A stretch of DNA of 64,000 nucleotides from an uncultured Piscirickettsiaceae bacterium (lineage in GTDB: Bacteria > Pseudomonadota > Gammaproteobacteria > PS1 > Pseudothioglobaceae). Below, piece by piece: positions 21,422 to 30,537 of the stretch. A program made the translations under genes and the position numbers. The notes under the pieces were generated by a model. It was not told the origin of the DNA and did not search any database. It worked only from the letters and a program-made list of their open reading frames with translations. The DNA lies in contig CAYOFV010000001.1 in NCBI GenBank assembly GCA_964403565.1, positions 4,839 through 68,838 on the forward strand, read 5' to 3'. Position 1 is the first letter of the stretch; each line of letters starts with the position of its first letter.

Positions 21422-22499
21422 TGATAAATTTATAAACCTCTTTTGCAGCTCTATGTGCTGAATCCATACTCAAAGCTTTATGAATTGCAGCAAATTCTTT
21501 AACCAATTCAGAGTTGTCTCTTGATAATATGTTGTTGGCATGTTTGGCTATATTCTCAGCATTTGCATTATCTTGAATCAATTCAGGAATAAGTTCTTTA
21601 TTGGCTATTACATTTGGCAAGGATATGTATTTACTCTTAATTAACCGTGAGGCTATAAAGTAGCTTATATTTGATAATTTATACACAACAATCATTGGCA
21701 CACCAATAAGCGCAACCTCAAGACTAGCTGTACCTGATGCAACTATTACTAAATCTGCCTGCTTGATTTTTTCATGTGCATCACCAATTGAAACGTTTAT
21801 ATTACTATCAATTTGCGAATTAACCCATTCTTCTAATTCAGAATCAGCCAGTGGCAAATGAAACTCTAACTCTGGTTTTTCTCGTGCCAAAATTTGTGCA
21901 GATCTAAGCATCTCTGGCAAGATTGCTTTTATCTCTGATACCCTTGAACCAGGCATAAGTACAACCTTGTTGCTAGCTTCATGCTTACCTCTTGGAGTAA
22001 GTTTGTCAGCTAATGGGTGTCCAACAAATACGGCATTTTGATTATGTTGTTTGTAAAAATCAACCTCAAAAGGAAATAAGCACAGTACTAAATCAGTTGA
22101 ATGTTTAATTTTTTTAACTCTATTTTGGCGCCATGCCCAAATAGATGGAGAAACAAAATGAATGGTTTTTATCCCTTTTGCCTTTAAAGTTTTCTCAATT
22201 GGAAAATTAAAGTCTGGAGAATCAACCCCAATAAATACATCAGGCTTATTATTGGAAAAATACTCAATTATTTGCGCTTTTAATTTAAGAATTCCAGGAA
22301 GTTTTTTTAATACTTCGGTAAACCCCATTACATTAACTAATTTCTGATCCCAAAGCTGTTTGCAACCACTTTCAAGCATTTTTTCACCGGCCAAACCCTC
22401 AATAACTACATCTGGGTCGTATTGCTTAAGTGCAGTGATTAACTTGGATGCAATTAGCTCACCTGAGGTTTCAGCTGCACTTATTGCTATCTTAGTCAT
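21414..22499 (-). CDS. lpxB: lipid-A-disaccharide synthase
   Basis: 361-aa GT19 layout; SAAETSGE N-terminus, SPSIWAWR, LMPGSR. Confidence 0.9.
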   Translation of the reverse strand: MTKIAISAAETSGELIASKLITALKQYDPDVVIEGLAGEKMLESGCKQLWDQKLVNVMGFTEVLKKLPGILKLKAQIIEYFSNNKPDVFIGVDSPDFNFPIEKTLKAKGIKTIHFVSPSIWAWRQNRVKKIKHSTDLVLCLFPFEVDFYKQHNQNAVFVGHPLADKLTPRGKHEASNKVVLMPGSRVSEIKAILPEMLRSAQILAREKPELEFHLPLADSELEEWVNSQIDSNINVSIGDAHEKIKQADLVIVASGTASLEVALIGVPMIVVYKLSNISYFIASRLIKSKYISLPNVIANKELIPELIQDNANAENIAKHANNILSRDNSELVKEFAAIHKALSMDSAHRAAKEVYKFINE

Positions 22500-22506
22500 A
22501 AATTGA

Positions 22507-22809
22507 TTATTTTCTTGGAAGAATTATTTGCGGCTCTTCATCAAAAGCTCTATAAATCACTACTACATTGCCAATTACTTGCACTAGATGAGCTTGTGAG
22601 AATTTTAATATCTGCTCGATCATGCTTTGTTTTTCATCGCGATCGTCAGTACGTATTTTTATCTTTAATAATTCGTGTTTAGTCATTGTTGACTCAAGTT
22701 CGGCTAAAACCGCCTCACTTAAACCATGTTGACCAACCATAACAATTGGTTTTAAACTATGTCCAATTGAACGTAAGAATTTTTTTTGATTGTTGCTTAA
22801 TTTTGTCAT
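22507..22809 (-). CDS. yhbY: ribosome-assembly RNA-binding protein YhbY (CRM domain)
   Basis: 100 aa; KQKKFLRSIGHSLKPIVMVGQHGLSEAV..HELLKIKI matches the YhbY pattern. Confidence 0.85.
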   Translation of the reverse strand: MTKLSNNQKKFLRSIGHSLKPIVMVGQHGLSEAVLAELESTMTKHELLKIKIRTDDRDEKQSMIEQILKFSQAHLVQVIGNVVVIYRAFDEEPQIILPRK

Positions 22810-24047
22810 TTTTGTATATGCTCTTTGGCAAATAGTTCTTGAATAGTTTCGCGTTCACGCACTAATGTATGTTTATCGTTAGACACCATCACTTCAGCTA
22901 CTCTTGGACGTGAATTGTAATTTGAGCTCATGGTAAAACCATATGCTCCTGCAGACATAAGCGCTAAATAATCACCCTGCTCAAGGGTTAAATCTCTATC
23001 TTTAGCTAGAAAATCTCCAGTTTCACAAATTGGCCCAACTAAATCCCAATTTGCTCTTATGCCACTATCTTTTTTAACTAGTGGCAACACTTGATGATAT
23101 GCATTATAAAAAGCAGGGCGTAATAAATCATTCATAGCTCCATCAATAATGGCAAATGACTTATGTGAGTTTTGCTTTAAAAACTCTACTTTAGTAACAA
23201 AAGCTCCAGAATTGCCAACAATGGCCCTGCCAGGCTCAATAATAATTTTTTTATTGCCAACTTTTGCAATTACGCTATCAATATAAGATTTAATATCAAT
23301 GGTTTGCTCATCATCGTAACGAATACCAACGCCGCCGCCAAGATCGATATGCTTAATCTCAATACCTTGATTTTCAAGCTTATCTATCAAATCAATAACC
23401 TTATCCAATGCATCAATAAATGGTGACACTTCAGTAAGTTGTGAGCCAATATGGCAATCTATGCCTTTAATATCAACATTACCAAGACTTGAAGCTTTTT
23501 TGTATAGTTGAATTGCATCATCAATATCTACACCAAACTTATTTTCTTTAAGGCCAGTTGAAATATACGGATGGGTTTTTGCATCAACATTAGGATTAAC
23601 TCTAAACGATACTGGCGCAGATACTCCCATCTCAGCTGCAACTTTATTTATACGTTCAAGCTCAGGTGCACTTTCAATATTAAAGCAATATACACCAGCT
23701 TCAAGCGCCCTTCTTATTTCATCTTTGGTTTTTGCCACACCAGAGAATACACATTTATTAGCATCTCCTCCAGCAGCAATAACGCGCTCTAATTCGCCTA
23801 CAGACACAATATCAAAACCAGCTCCAAGCTGTGCTAATGCGTTTAATACTGCAAGGTTTGAATTGGCCTTAACCGCATAGCAAACCAAATGCTCATGCGC
23901 GCCAAACGCATTATCAAATTCTTGATAATTACTTTCAATCTCGCTGCGTGAATATACATATAATGGAGACCCATATACCCCTACCAAATCAGTAATATTT
24001 ACTGATTCTACGTATAACGAATTATCTTTGTAGGTGAAGTTACTCAA
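22806..24047 (-). CDS. lysA: diaminopimelate decarboxylase
   Basis: PLP Lys context CYAVKANSN, DLGGGVGI, CETGD. Confidence 0.93.
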   Translation of the reverse strand: MSNFTYKDNSLYVESVNITDLVGVYGSPLYVYSRSEIESNYQEFDNAFGAHEHLVCYAVKANSNLAVLNALAQLGAGFDIVSVGELERVIAAGGDANKCVFSGVAKTKDEIRRALEAGVYCFNIESAPELERINKVAAEMGVSAPVSFRVNPNVDAKTHPYISTGLKENKFGVDIDDAIQLYKKASSLGNVDIKGIDCHIGSQLTEVSPFIDALDKVIDLIDKLENQGIEIKHIDLGGGVGIRYDDEQTIDIKSYIDSVIAKVGNKKIIIEPGRAIVGNSGAFVTKVEFLKQNSHKSFAIIDGAMNDLLRPAFYNAYHQVLPLVKKDSGIRANWDLVGPICETGDFLAKDRDLTLEQGDYLALMSAGAYGFTMSSNYNSRPRVAEVMVSNDKHTLVRERETIQELFAKEHIQK

Positions 24048-24052
24048 GTGAT

Positions 24053-24253
24053 TTATTTTGAATTATGCGGCATAATCTCCATCTCTGGAGCAATAGCAAC
24101 TTGTTGAGTAGTTTGCTGATCAAGTGCAGCCTCAGCATTCTTAGACAACACTACCTCTTCTGGCTTAACACTTTCCAACTCGCCCATCTTGCCACAAGCG
24201 CTAATAGTTAGAGCTGCAAGGGCTAATAAAAAGATTTTTGTTAAATTTTTCAT
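24053..24253 (-). CDS. small lipoprotein (LptM/YifL-like position upstream of lysA)
   Basis: 66 aa; signal peptide with lipobox ISAC followed by GKMGEL. Confidence 0.55.
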   Translation of the reverse strand: MKNLTKIFLLALAALTISACGKMGELESVKPEEVVLSKNAEAALDQQTTQQVAIAPEMEIMPHNSK

Positions 24254-24291
24254 TACGTTTCCTTTGTTGTTAATTAACTTTAACGGCTATT

Positions 24292-24951
24292 TTACAGTAA
24301 TTCATTCAGTGATTTTATAAACGCAGAGCGCTCAATATTGTAGGCCCCAAGGCTTTTTAAATGCTCACTTTCCACTTGACAATCTATTAACTCATAATTC
24401 ATATTTTCAACTAAATATGCAAACGCCACTTTTGATGCGTCGCGCTCATGTGCAAACATAGATTCGCCAAAAAACACCTTGCCTAACGATACACCATACA
24501 GACCGCCAACAAGCTTATTATCTACATAAGTTTCAATCGACTTAGCAAAGCCCTGCTCATTAAGGCCAATATATGCATTAACCATATCGTTGTCAATCCA
24601 GGTACCACTCTGATCTTTGCGCCTAACTGTTTTGCAGTTTTTTATAACTTGCTCAAAGTTTTCGTTAATTTTTATCTCAAACTTATTAGCTTTAATTGTT
24701 TTTCTTAACGATTTTGAAACGTGCAAGGTGTCTTTAGTAATAATCATTCTTGGATTTGGACTATACCAAATTACTGGCTCGCCCTCGCTATACCAAGGGA
24801 ATATGCCTTTTGTATATGCGTCAATAAGGCGTTTTGTTGTTAACTCACCACCAATAGCTACAAGTCCATTTGGATCGTTAAGTGATCTTTCAACATCAGG
24901 AAAAGGTGTTTCTTCCGACTCTAGAACAAAGTCAGATGGTATTTCAATCAC
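24292..24951 (-). CDS. aat: leucyl/phenylalanyl-tRNA--protein transferase
   Basis: 219 aa; GLVAIGGEL, GIFPWY, WYSPNPR, GESMF motifs. Confidence 0.9.
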   Translation of the reverse strand: MIEIPSDFVLESEETPFPDVERSLNDPNGLVAIGGELTTKRLIDAYTKGIFPWYSEGEPVIWYSPNPRMIITKDTLHVSKSLRKTIKANKFEIKINENFEQVIKNCKTVRRKDQSGTWIDNDMVNAYIGLNEQGFAKSIETYVDNKLVGGLYGVSLGKVFFGESMFAHERDASKVAFAYLVENMNYELIDCQVESEHLKSLGAYNIERSAFIKSLNELL

Positions 24952-25501
24952 TACTATTTTGTTTTCTGATAATTTCCTTAGCCATATATAGTGCAGCTAT
25001 GGTTCTAGCTTCGGTAAGATCTTGGTTATATACCAAATCCTCTAAGTCTGATAATTTATGCTCTACAACCTCAAGTGGTTCAGGCTCATCGCCTTCTGCA
25101 CTTGCCTCGTATAAATCCTGCGCAAGTACAATGTGCGTATAGTTGGACTGATATCCAGGAGCTAGAGTCATAGTTTTTACAAACTCTAATTTTTTAGCGC
25201 CATAGCCAATCTCTTCTATTAGCTCACGATTAGCGGCATCTATTGGACTTTCTCCAGGGTCAATCTTGCCTTTGGTTAAAGCCAACTCATATCTATCAGT
25301 GCCACCAGAGTATTCATAAATCATAAGCACCGTGTCATCATCTAGCATCGGAATTACCAATACCGCGCCATCGCCAGGTGGCTTTAAGCGTTCATATTGA
25401 CGTTTCTCACCATTAGAAAACTCAATATCCATAGACTGAATATTAAAAAATTTTGTTGTGGCAATATTGGTTATATTGGATACTTTTGGCTTTGTACGCA
25501 T
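24944..25501 (-). CDS. nudE: Nudix ADP-compounds hydrolase NudE
   Basis: Nudix box GKIDPGESPIDAANRELIEEIGY; collinear with E. coli NudE, including EFSNG..YER and EGDEPEPL. Confidence 0.85.
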   Translation of the reverse strand: MRTKPKVSNITNIATTKFFNIQSMDIEFSNGEKRQYERLKPPGDGAVLVIPMLDDDTVLMIYEYSGGTDRYELALTKGKIDPGESPIDAANRELIEEIGYGAKKLEFVKTMTLAPGYQSNYTHIVLAQDLYEASAEGDEPEPLEVVEHKLSDLEDLVYNQDLTEARTIAALYMAKEIIRKQNSSD

Positions 25502-25754
25502 GTTGACAATTATGCCATTATGTAAAAGTAAATAACTAATTTTTAGAGACCTTTGTATAAATACGGATGATTAGCAAAATGATATATTTTGCCGAATTGG
25601 ATATTTTATTAAAGTCAGTCCCAGTAGTGCTTCGGCAGATTTTAATAAAATACTCAAGTTGGTAAAAAATGGTGTTTTGATGATTATTCATATTTATGCA
25701 AAAATCTCTTTTAATTAGTATATTAAAATACTAAGTTTTTATGGGAGAGTAATA

Positions 25755-26705
25755 ATGAAAAAACTATTAGCACTATTTTTAGCGCTTACAATGGGCGCAT
25801 CCAATGCCTGGTTAATTGACGGCGTAGGCGATTTTAAGTTTGAAAAACTAAATGACCAAGTTTATGTAATGCATGGCCCGCTTGCTAGTCCAAGTGAACA
25901 AAATCATGGCTTTATTAATAATCCTGCATTTATTGAAGGTGATAATGGATTAATTATGATTGATCCAAGTAGCTCTAAATTTGCTGGTGATAGCATCCTG
26001 AGTGAAGTTGAAAAAATTTCATCTAAGCCAGTTGTTGCAGTTATAAATACCCATATTCATGGAGACCATTGGCTTGGAAATCATGCAATAAAGGACAAAT
26101 ATCCAAATGCTAAGTTCTACGCACATATGAACATGATTAGAGAGGCAGAATATGGCGAAGCCGAAAGATGGATACAAGCGTTTAATGACATCACTAGCAA
26201 AGCTAGAGGCACAATTGCTGTTATCCCAAAACTTTCAGTAAGTCATGAAGATGTACTTGAAATTGCAGGGCAAAAACTAATAATTCACTCACCGTTACCA
26301 TCATCACACTCATCTTCAGATATTATGATTGAACATGTAGACTCCAAAACTCTTTTTGCTGGAGACAATGCATTTAACGGCAGAATGGGAAGGTTTGATG
26401 GACAATCAAACATGTTAGACAATATCAAAATCCTAGATTACGCTAAAGCATTAGATATTGACACATATGTACCTGGGCATGGGTATTCTGGCGACGTTAG
26501 CAAAGCTGTTGATCCTTATCTAAACTACCTTAATGTTATTGAACAAGAGTCAAGAAAAGGCTACGAAGAAGATTTAGCTGATTATGAAATTAAACCTTTT
26601 GCAATTAAAAAGCTAGTTGCTTATAAAGATTGGGATGGTTTCGATGCCCAGATTGGTAGACACATCAACAAGATGCTATTAGAAATTGAGGAATTAGACA
26701 TTTAA
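25755..26705 (+). CDS. secreted MBL-fold metallo-hydrolase (SoxH-like candidate)
   Basis: Signal peptide; canonical THIHGDH motif, later H, D and VPGHG ligands. Confidence 0.75.
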   Translation: MKKLLALFLALTMGASNAWLIDGVGDFKFEKLNDQVYVMHGPLASPSEQNHGFINNPAFIEGDNGLIMIDPSSSKFAGDSILSEVEKISSKPVVAVINTHIHGDHWLGNHAIKDKYPNAKFYAHMNMIREAEYGEAERWIQAFNDITSKARGTIAVIPKLSVSHEDVLEIAGQKLIIHSPLPSSHSSSDIMIEHVDSKTLFAGDNAFNGRMGRFDGQSNMLDNIKILDYAKALDIDTYVPGHGYSGDVSKAVDPYLNYLNVIEQESRKGYEEDLADYEIKPFAIKKLVAYKDWDGFDAQIGRHINKMLLEIEELDI

Positions 26706-26716
26706 TAAATATCATA

Positions 26717-26752
26717 GTTTTCATTGACCTGGCTTTACAGGTTAATGAAAAC
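26717..26752. terminator. bidirectional hairpin between convergent MBL genes
   Basis: 15-bp stem gttttcattgacctg/caggttaatgaaaac (one G-U pair), 6-nt loop. Confidence 0.55.
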
Positions 26753-26756
26753 AACT

Positions 26757-27668
26757 CTAGTAATCAAACTCCATTTGTTCAAATGCCCATTGAGCATTCT
26801 TACCAGCAATAGATTCGTGGTTTTCTAAATAGTAAAAATCTGACTGATCAATCTTACTTGCTTCCAACATATCGCCATCATTTTCTAAAATTTTAGCAAT
26901 TGTTGTTTTGAGAAATACTAAGTAATTATAAGTATCATTTGTAGCGGTTTCCAAATCAGAAGCTCGACCGTGTCCTGGAACGATATGCTTTGGTTTAAAT
27001 TTAGCCATTTTCTCAAAAACATCAATCCAACTTTGAAAGTTTTTAGCCGGACCAATGCCTAGCATTCTATCGTTAAACACCACATCGCCTGCAAACATAG
27101 TTTGCGTGCTTGGCATCCAAGCAACAATATCACCCACAGTATGTGCTGGCCCAAAGTGGTATAACTCAAGCTTAACTCCGCCTAATTCAACAATCTTTTT
27201 ACTATCAAATACTTCGGTAGCAAATACAGGTTTTGTGCCAGCTAAACTATCGCCAATCAAACCTCCAAGTCTATTTAAATGATAGTCTGCTCTAACTTTT
27301 TGATCTTGTTTGGTTTTGCTTGAAGCAATAATTCTAGCGCCTAATTGTTGAAAGTAGTCGTTACCTAGCCAACGATGATCTTGACCACCACTGTTAATAA
27401 CAATTTTTATAGGCTTATCAGTAATGGTTTGCACAACATTATGAATTTCTTTTGCTCCAAGATAGCTTGCACCAGAGTCAATTAGAATTACTCCATCTTT
27501 AGTAACAATAACACCATGGGTCGAATTATTGCCAAAGTTGGTAGGTGATCGTTGTGATGTTTCGCCTTCTAAGGCGAATACATTATCAGTTACCTTGCGC
27601 ACATCAAGTTCAGCTTGTGCTATTGACGCATTAACAATTAAAAATAAAAATATTATTATTTGTTTCAT
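26757..27668 (-). CDS. secreted MBL-fold protein with degenerate first metal motif
   Basis: Signal peptide. NSGGQDH sits where HxHxDH is expected. Downstream H (GPAHTVGD), D (FAGD) and VPGHG are retained. Confidence 0.7.
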   Translation of the reverse strand: MKQIIIFLFLIVNASIAQAELDVRKVTDNVFALEGETSQRSPTNFGNNSTHGVIVTKDGVILIDSGASYLGAKEIHNVVQTITDKPIKIVINSGGQDHRWLGNDYFQQLGARIIASSKTKQDQKVRADYHLNRLGGLIGDSLAGTKPVFATEVFDSKKIVELGGVKLELYHFGPAHTVGDIVAWMPSTQTMFAGDVVFNDRMLGIGPAKNFQSWIDVFEKMAKFKPKHIVPGHGRASDLETATNDTYNYLVFLKTTIAKILENDGDMLEASKIDQSDFYYLENHESIAGKNAQWAFEQMEFDY

Positions 27669-27683
27669 GTTGTTTTTCCTGAT

Positions 27684-28610
27684 TTAAAGCTCAAAAGTAT
27701 CATCAAATGGCTTACCGCCTTTCACTGTAGGTAGATCTAACCAATTTCCCCAATGTGACCAACCACCATTGTATAGTTTTACATCTTTATAACCCAGATG
27801 CTTAAGTTGTAAAAATGCCTCACTCATGCGAAAACCATCATCACAATAAACATACACAGTATTATCTTTCGGCACCGACTTATACAACTCAGCAAGATCC
27901 TCATCTCCTAACCAAGTTTGAGACTCTGCATCAGTGCCATCCATACTTACAATATTAATAGCACCAGGAATATGACCCTCTTGCACGCCATGAGAGCTGC
28001 CACCAGCATATCTCTCTGGAGGACGAGCATCAATTAAAGTAATATTACCTGAGCGATCTGAAGTTATAAAATCATAAATTTGAGGGAATTCAACATACAT
28101 AGATTTATCAGCCTCAGGCAAAACAATATTGCTAGCTTCTCTTGCAGGAGTTGCTTCTTGAGTAATATCTTCAAATGCAGACCACGCAACAGTACCACCA
28201 TTAAGAATCTTTAATTGAGATTCTTTAAAACCATATAATTTTAATAAAACCCATAATCTAGATGCAGTCACTGTACGAGTGTCGTCGTAAATAACAATGG
28301 TTGAGTCTTTATTAACGCCCCATTTACGCAAAGTATTTTGAAATTGCTCTCTTGAAGGAAAGCGTGTTATATCTAAAGATTGATTATCGGCTAAATCCTT
28401 AAAGCGCCTTACCTGTATTGCTCCTGGAATATGGCCTATAGTGTGATAACGATGCGGATGATAGCGCACTTCAAACACAATCAAATTATCATTTTCAATA
28501 TTATCTGCAAGCCAGTCTGAATCAACCAAAAAACTTGGTGTTGCCTGAGCGTTAGTAATAGTTAAAGCTAGCATAACAAGCGCACTAGCAAACAATTTAA
28601 ATACTTTCAT
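27684..28610 (-). CDS. periplasmic tandem-rhodanese sulfurtransferase
   Basis: Signal peptide ending AQA. Two rhodanese domains: the first loop has Asp (IYDDTRT) and the second has the active Cys (YCDDGFRMS). Confidence 0.8.
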   Translation of the reverse strand: MKVFKLFASALVMLALTITNAQATPSFLVDSDWLADNIENDNLIVFEVRYHPHRYHTIGHIPGAIQVRRFKDLADNQSLDITRFPSREQFQNTLRKWGVNKDSTIVIYDDTRTVTASRLWVLLKLYGFKESQLKILNGGTVAWSAFEDITQEATPAREASNIVLPEADKSMYVEFPQIYDFITSDRSGNITLIDARPPERYAGGSSHGVQEGHIPGAINIVSMDGTDAESQTWLGDEDLAELYKSVPKDNTVYVYCDDGFRMSEAFLQLKHLGYKDVKLYNGGWSHWGNWLDLPTVKGGKPFDDTFEL

Positions 28611-28633
28611 ATTCTCTCCTCAAAGTTAAATCT

Positions 28634-28654
28634 ATTCTTGATAACATCAAGAAT
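28634..28654. promoter_or_regulatory. perfect palindrome ATTCTTGAT-aac-ATCAAGAAT upstream of the rhodanese gene
   Basis: 9-bp arms, 3-nt spacer, ending 23 nt before the start codon. FNR-like half-sites, but the spacing is 1 nt short. Confidence 0.4.
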
Positions 28655-28753
28655 CACTAATGATATTTTCACACAAAATATGTAGGGTTATACTGCTTAT
28701 ATTAGTAGAAATAGCAGGGTTTTTTATAAACTATATATCCTATGAATTTGCAT

Positions 28754-29338
28754 TTACAACAGATCTACCTTGCCAGTGCCAAGATGATAATAAGCTGGCA
28801 CAATTGTTAGCTTATTGTCTTTAACCATCTCTGGAAAGTGAGCTCCAGTATGCTTTAACTCTTTACTAACATTGATAACGTTTGCTTTTGTTACGTTTTC
28901 TATTAAATCACCTTTTTTATCTTTTGCTTCTTCTACTGCATGACGCAAAGCGAAGCACAAGCTAGGCAGATGACCTTCAAGCTGTTCATGTTGGCAAGAT
29001 GATCCTACTGCACCACACTGTGAATGCCCCATAACCATAATTAATGATACATCTAAGTACAATACAGCATATTCAATACTGGCAACAATCATTTGATCAA
29101 GTACATTGCCTGCTACACGCACAACATAAAGATCTCCCAAGCCTTGATCAAAGATAACCTCTGGCGGTACACGTGAATCTGAACAGCCTAAAATAATTGC
29201 AAATGGATGCTGGCCGTGTTTTAACTCAAAACGTCTTTCGCTAGATTGATCAGGGTGCTCAAGATGAGAGGCAACATAACGTTTATTGCCTTCCATTAAT
29301 TTCTTTAAATCTTTATTATTGGCAATAATATCTTTCAT
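28754..29338 (-). CDS. can: beta-class carbonic anhydrase
   Basis: CSDSRVPPE, HSQCGAV zinc ligands. Start placed at MKDIIANN (29338); the track start at 29380 would overlap the upstream gene. Confidence 0.88.
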   Translation of the reverse strand: MKDIIANNKDLKKLMEGNKRYVASHLEHPDQSSERRFELKHGQHPFAIILGCSDSRVPPEVIFDQGLGDLYVVRVAGNVLDQMIVASIEYAVLYLDVSLIMVMGHSQCGAVGSSCQHEQLEGHLPSLCFALRHAVEEAKDKKGDLIENVTKANVINVSKELKHTGAHFPEMVKDNKLTIVPAYYHLGTGKVDLL

Positions 29339-29348
29339 AAATAAAACA

Positions 29349-29984
29349 CTAATCTTTAAATTTAAACTTTGGCAGACCAAGATTGTAACGCAAAGCCAAC
29401 ATCCTAGAGAAGAAGATAACCAATCCAGTAACTACTGCAGAAATTGTAGGATTTACCTGTAAATGCAATAAGTAAATAAATAACAAAGAACCTAGCCAAG
29501 CCGCAGTTGCGTATAACGGACTTTTAAATACTAGCGGAGTTTCGTTGCAAAGCACATCTCTAAAAACACCACCCATAATTCCAGTAGTTACCCCCATAAA
29601 ACTAGCTACAAGCCATGGAGCTCCTGCCATAAGTGCACTTAGAGTTCCGGCAACAGAAAACGCCGCAAGACCTGCAGCATCTGGAATTAAAAACAATTTA
29701 TCTGATATTACTATCAAACGTGCAACAATAAATATAGCAACTGCACTAATGAAAGAAGCTATAAAGAAAACTTGATCCTTAATCCAAAACACGTCTTGAT
29801 CAAGTAGCATATCTCTAAGCGATCCACCGCCAAGACCAGTGGTAATGGCAATAATAATTACACCAAATAAATCGAATTGTTTAAACCCTGCTTTAAGTAC
29901 GCCAGATGCTGACGACACAACAACTGCCACCAAAGCAATCCAATACAGGCTACTTAACAGCTCGGAAGTTATTTCAATATTCAA
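29349..29984 (-). CDS. UPF0126 / trimeric intracellular cation channel-family membrane protein (YadS-like)
   Basis: 211 aa, about seven TM helices, internal duplication with GGGSLRDMLL and GGVFRDVL motifs. Confidence 0.75.
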   Translation of the reverse strand: MNIEITSELLSSLYWIALVAVVVSSASGVLKAGFKQFDLFGVIIIAITTGLGGGSLRDMLLDQDVFWIKDQVFFIASFISAVAIFIVARLIVISDKLFLIPDAAGLAAFSVAGTLSALMAGAPWLVASFMGVTTGIMGGVFRDVLCNETPLVFKSPLYATAAWLGSLLFIYLLHLQVNPTISAVVTGLVIFFSRMLALRYNLGLPKFKFKD

Positions 29985-29987
29985 TAA

Positions 29988-30362
29988 TTATCTTCCAACT
30001 ATGGCAATAACGTATCCAGCTCTATTAGTTCTAACTGTTGCAAAAGGCTTGCCTTGTGTATATACAGTAAATATTCCTTCTCTTACACCTCTAAACTGCA
30101 CACCATCACTGTAGTTCATTACATAAACTGGAACCCTTCTGCCTCTTGAACTAACTAATACAGCCTTTGATTGTTGGCTGAGTTTCTCCAATGCTTTTGC
30201 ATCAACTGCATCAGACCAAAGGTTTTTTATTATTGATTTATCCAACATCCATGAATGTTTAACTTGATGTCTCTTTACTGGATTAGCTTGAACGGATTGA
30301 ACAACAAAAGAAAAGGTAAATACAGCACTTGTAACAAATAAAACAACTTTAGATAGTTTCAT
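29988..30362 (-). CDS. hypothetical secreted protein
   Basis: Signal peptide ending VQA. Start placed at MKLSKV (30362), which has GAGG 7 nt upstream. No motif. Confidence 0.55.
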   Translation of the reverse strand: MKLSKVVLFVTSAVFTFSFVVQSVQANPVKRHQVKHSWMLDKSIIKNLWSDAVDAKALEKLSQQSKAVLVSSRGRRVPVYVMNYSDGVQFRGVREGIFTVYTQGKPFATVRTNRAGYVIAIVGR

Positions 30363-30431
30363 AATCAAACCTCGCATTTAAAACAGAATGTACTAAGTAT
30401 ATTACCCTTAGAAAAACTAAAAATGCATAAA

Positions 30432-30446
30432 TCTTAAAATTTGCTA
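30432..30446 (+). repeat. left copy of the 15-bp direct repeat tcttaaaatttgcta
   Basis: Exact match to 31061..31075; lies 116 nt upstream of the antitoxin ATG. Confidence 0.8.
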
Positions 30447-30518
30447 GGCATATTTGCGCAATAAATACACCATTAGCAACTTAACAAATCACAAAAAATA
30501 AAAGAAATATTTTTGGTG

Positions 30519-30537
30519 TGCTATAATGTATATACAT
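30519..30537 (+). promoter_or_regulatory. TA-operon promoter (extended -10) with overlapping palindromic operator
   Basis: TGcTATAAT at 30519..30527. The perfect 12-nt palindrome atgtatatacat (30526..30537) overlaps it. GGAG RBS at 30552. Confidence 0.55.
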
